This document shows, piece by piece, positions 14,230 through 17,235 of a stretch of 17,235 bases of DNA (positions are counted from its first letter, which is position 1; each line of letters begins with the position of its first letter). Made by a program: the position numbers and the translations under genes. The stretch is from Candidatus Thorarchaeota archaeon (GTDB taxonomy: Archaea > Asgardarchaeota > Thorarchaeia > Thorarchaeales > Thorarchaeaceae): assembly GCA_004524445.1 (NCBI GenBank), contig SDNP01000044.1, forward strand, positions 1-17,235, given 5' to 3'. A model generated the notes under the pieces. That model was not told the origin of the DNA. It worked only from the letters and a program-made list of their open reading frames with translations, and did not search any database.

Positions 14230-15600
14230 ATGAAAATCCGAAAGGTACGTTCAGAGGGTTTGCAGCATCTATCATATTTCATTAGCTCGGAAGATGAAGC
14301 ATTGGTTATTGATCCACGGCGAGATTGCCAAGTGTATCTGGACCTCGCCCATGAAGCGGAAGTTGTTATTACTTGGATACTAGAAACCCACCGGAATGAG
14401 GATTACGTTATTGGTTCTCGGGAGTTAAAGCATTACGTTCCTGATGCCAGAATCGGGCATAGCGATGCGACAGATTTTGAATATGGTGAGAGTCTTGCTG
14501 ATGGGGAAACCTTGCGAGTGGGCGCAATGAAAATAGAGTGCATTAACACTCCGGGACATACACCCGATAGCATGGTTTATGCGTTGGGCGACACTGCAAC
14601 CAGTGACGACCCAATTGTTGCATTTACTGGGGATACGCTTTTTGTTAATGAAACGGGTAGAACGGATTTAGTTGACAAAGACCGGACCGCGGAGTTTGCT
14701 CGGGTTATTTATGATAGCATCCACAAAAAGGTCCTGCCGCTCGGTGATGGTGTCATAATCCATCCTGCCCATGGCGCAGGTTCGGTTTGTGGTGGCGCCA
14801 TCGGTGCAAGAGAGTTCTCAACCCTAGGATATGAAAAGTCCAACAATATATGGTTGAGTATGGATGAGGACCAGTTTGTTGAGGAAAAGCTATCTCAGGA
14901 ATTGATTTTATCACCGTACTTTTCTAGATGTGAACGACTCAATACTCGCGGTCCTCCTCTTCTGGCTGAAATGGAAGACCCGAGATCTCTCACTGTAGAT
15001 GCATTTGAAAAACTTCTAGATATTGAAGGAAATGTCATAATTGATACACGCTCTCCAAACAATTTTGTATCCGGACATATTCCCTCTTCTGTTAGTCTTG
15101 AGCTCGACCATATGGGTCTCTTCGTAGGTTGGGTACTAAAAGAGGACCAACGTTTCGCATATGTCTTAGAAAATAATGCGGACTTTGAGAGAGCTGCAGC
15201 GATGCTATATCGAGTAGGACTTGATAACACAATAGGGTATCTGGCGCAGGGATATGCGGGTTGGGAGAAAAAAGGGAATCCCACGGAAAAAACTCGTAAC
15301 TATGAGATTGAGGAATTCAAACGACTCGTTGATGAAGACGCAGTTAAAGCCCTTGATGTTCGCCAGCCGCATGAATATGCAGGTGAGGGCGTTCCCGGAG
15401 CCATAGAACTTCCTTTGTCAAACTTCATTCATAGAATGGACGAGCTGGACAAATCAGAATCCTATGCTACCTTGTGCCCATCAGGGATTCGCAGTCTTAC
15501 AGCAGCAAGCCTATTGCAGAGAGCAAATTTTGATAGTGTTGGTATTCCTCTAGAAGGACTGGTTGGCTGGAAGAAGAAGGGATATTCCAGCGAGTCATGA
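14230..15600 (+). CDS. MBL-fold persulfide dioxygenase-like domain fused to two rhodanese domains (CstB-like)
   Basis: IDPRRD, ETHRNEDY, TPGHT, FTGD and HPAHGAGSVCG. The first rhodanese-like domain (IDTR...GHIP) lacks a Cys; the second (LDVR..EY..VPGA) has the active-site loop CPSGIRS. Confidence 0.88.
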   Translation: MKIRKVRSEGLQHLSYFISSEDEALVIDPRRDCQVYLDLAHEAEVVITWILETHRNEDYVIGSRELKHYVPDARIGHSDATDFEYGESLADGETLRVGAMKIECINTPGHTPDSMVYALGDTATSDDPIVAFTGDTLFVNETGRTDLVDKDRTAEFARVIYDSIHKKVLPLGDGVIIHPAHGAGSVCGGAIGAREFSTLGYEKSNNIWLSMDEDQFVEEKLSQELILSPYFSRCERLNTRGPPLLAEMEDPRSLTVDAFEKLLDIEGNVIIDTRSPNNFVSGHIPSSVSLELDHMGLFVGWVLKEDQRFAYVLENNADFERAAAMLYRVGLDNTIGYLAQGYAGWEKKGNPTEKTRNYEIEEFKRLVDEDAVKALDVRQPHEYAGEGVPGAIELPLSNFIHRMDELDKSESYATLCPSGIRSLTAASLLQRANFDSVGIPLEGLVGWKKKGYSSES

Positions 15601-15647
15601 ATCCCACATTAGGATGAACTCAAAGAATAACCGAGCTGAAGGAAAAA

Positions 15648-17234
15648 ATGTTCTGGAGACGACCGACAGGGCGTTCGGATGTTCTGGCTAAATATGGAAT
15701 TGTTGCAAGCTCTCAACCCTTGGCGTCACAGGCAGGTCTAAGAATACTGCAGCAGGGAGGAAATGCGGCAGATGCAGCTATCGCGGCCGCAGCAGTCTTG
15801 GATGTCGTGGAACCATTCAGCACTGGGTGCGGAGGTGACGCCTTTGCCCTTGTGCACCTTCCGGGGAATGAAAAGCCAATATCATTCAATGGCTCAGGCA
15901 GAGCAGGTTCTGGTGCAACATTGGATGATTTGTTAGACAGAGAATGGCAAGGAATCCCTCTGCGTGGTGGTCCTCCCATCACTGTTCCAGGTGCGATGCA
16001 TCTATGGGGGCATCTCCTTTCTGAATTTGGTAATTTGGAATTATCAGATGTTCTACAGCCGGCAATCAATTATGCACAGAATGGCTTTCCAGTATCTCCT
16101 TTGATTGCACAGTTATGGAATATCCTTTTGCCCGTGCTTGGAAACGATGATGCTCGAAGGATTTTCACAATTGATGGCAGTAGTCCAGAGATCGGCGATA
16201 TAATGTATAACCAAGATTTGGCACGAACATTTCAAACTGTGGCTGAAACTGGAGTCAAATCTTTCTATGAGGGCGAAATCGCAGAAAGAATCGTATCGAC
16301 AACCAAAAAGCATAGCGGTTTTCTAGAACTTGAGGACCTAGCCACGCATGAAACTGAACAAACAACTCCGATATCCACGTCCTATAATGGCCTGATGGTT
16401 TTTGAACACCCACCTAATGGACAGGGTTTCGCAGCACTAGAAATGATCAATATTATGGAGCAATTTCCCATCCAAGAAATGGGCGAAATGAGTACAGAAC
16501 GGTTCCATGCCATGATTGAAGGGAAGAAACTTGCCTACGATGACCTATATCGACATAATGCTGACCCTGATTTCTATGATGTTCCAATAGAGCAGCTTCT
16601 ATCCAAGGATTATGCTCTTTCCAGAGCAAATCTGATTGATATGAATAACGCCATGGACCTCGAGAATATGAGCATGAAACAGGGACCAGACACGGTTTAC
16701 CTCGCAACTGCGGATGAAGAAGGAATGGCTGTTTCTTTCATAAACAGTCTTTACATGGGATTTGGAAGTGGACTGGTTGCTGAGGGAACTGGCATAAAAT
16801 TGCAAAACCGTGGCAATCTCTTCAGTCTGGATCCAACGCATCCCAATCACTATGAACCCGGAAAGAGACCTTTCCATACAATAATCCCCGGCGCCCTGTA
16901 TAGGAATAAAGAGTTTTTTGGCGTATTTGGAATCATGGGTGGCGCACATCAAGCTCAGGCTCATGCACAATTCGTGAGCCACATTGCAGATTTCGACAGG
17001 TCTCCTCAAGCTGCTTTGGACTTTCCACGATTTCATCATGACCAAGAATCCAATACTGTAGCATTGGAAAATGGAATAAAAGCAGATATTCAAGGTCAAT
17101 TACGTCTCAAAGGACATAGGCTGGTGCATGAAACCTCATTTGGTTTTGGTGGTGGACAAGCTATTTTTGTGAATGGAAATGCATGGATAGCAGGTTCAGA
17201 TTATCGAAAAGACGGGCAAGCAGTTGGATACTAA
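15648..17234 (+). CDS. ggt: Gamma-glutamyltransferase family Ntn hydrolase (YwrD-like)
   Basis: GGNAADAAIA, VEPFSTGCGGD, TVPG, PPNGQG, nucleophile Thr in DTVYL, NSLY.GFGSG, PGKRPFHTIIP, GIMGG..QAQ, PRF, SDYRKDG. Stop TAA at 17232-17234. Confidence 0.93.
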   Translation: MFWRRPTGRSDVLAKYGIVASSQPLASQAGLRILQQGGNAADAAIAAAAVLDVVEPFSTGCGGDAFALVHLPGNEKPISFNGSGRAGSGATLDDLLDREWQGIPLRGGPPITVPGAMHLWGHLLSEFGNLELSDVLQPAINYAQNGFPVSPLIAQLWNILLPVLGNDDARRIFTIDGSSPEIGDIMYNQDLARTFQTVAETGVKSFYEGEIAERIVSTTKKHSGFLELEDLATHETEQTTPISTSYNGLMVFEHPPNGQGFAALEMINIMEQFPIQEMGEMSTERFHAMIEGKKLAYDDLYRHNADPDFYDVPIEQLLSKDYALSRANLIDMNNAMDLENMSMKQGPDTVYLATADEEGMAVSFINSLYMGFGSGLVAEGTGIKLQNRGNLFSLDPTHPNHYEPGKRPFHTIIPGALYRNKEFFGVFGIMGGAHQAQAHAQFVSHIADFDRSPQAALDFPRFHHDQESNTVALENGIKADIQGQLRLKGHRLVHETSFGFGGGQAIFVNGNAWIAGSDYRKDGQAVGY

Positions 17235-17235
17235 A

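Noticed and set aside
1-17235. CRISPR array, tRNA/rRNA, transposase, integrase or defence island
   Set aside because: No regularly spaced repeats, cloverleaf or rRNA signatures, or recombinase motifs seen. The beta-CASP nuclease and the ATPase are 9 kb apart among housekeeping genes and do not form a defence operon.

Overview
Ordinary-looking but informative archaeal chromosomal segment. TATA/BRE promoters, (A)GGTGA-type RBSs, an archaeal Sec11 signal peptidase and an NPRL2/longin-like protein suggest an Asgard archaeon, possibly Thorarchaeota (inference). It carries about 16 intact genes and no CRISPR array, tRNA/rRNA or transposase. The most interesting element is an NAD locus at 621-5005. 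An NAD-kinase-fold protein with a degenerate catalytic loop (GGDG->GSDR) is fused to a C-terminal winged HTH and has no ATG/GTG/TTG at its true N-terminus (likely ATT or ACG start, ~65 codons upstream of the ORF track call). It is transcribed divergently from quinolinate synthase nadA across a palindrome-rich spacer and overlaps a beta-CASP ribonuclease with an unknown ~325-aa N-terminal domain. This is a candidate new NAD(P)-sensing transcription regulator. Other content: a 5'-truncated NPRL2/GATOR1-like protein, a HAD phosphatase, ppa, a frameshifted CaCA antiporter pseudogene missed by the ORF track, a small Sm/Hfq-like protein, a Kbl-type PLP enzyme, a membrane-anchored DUF4332-like protein, an MFS transporter, a stand-alone PAS protein, an orphan P-loop ATPase, sec11, a probable degraded ORF, and a persulfide dioxygenase-rhodanese + gamma-glutamyltransferase pair. 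All family assignments are from motif recognition by eye, not database searches.
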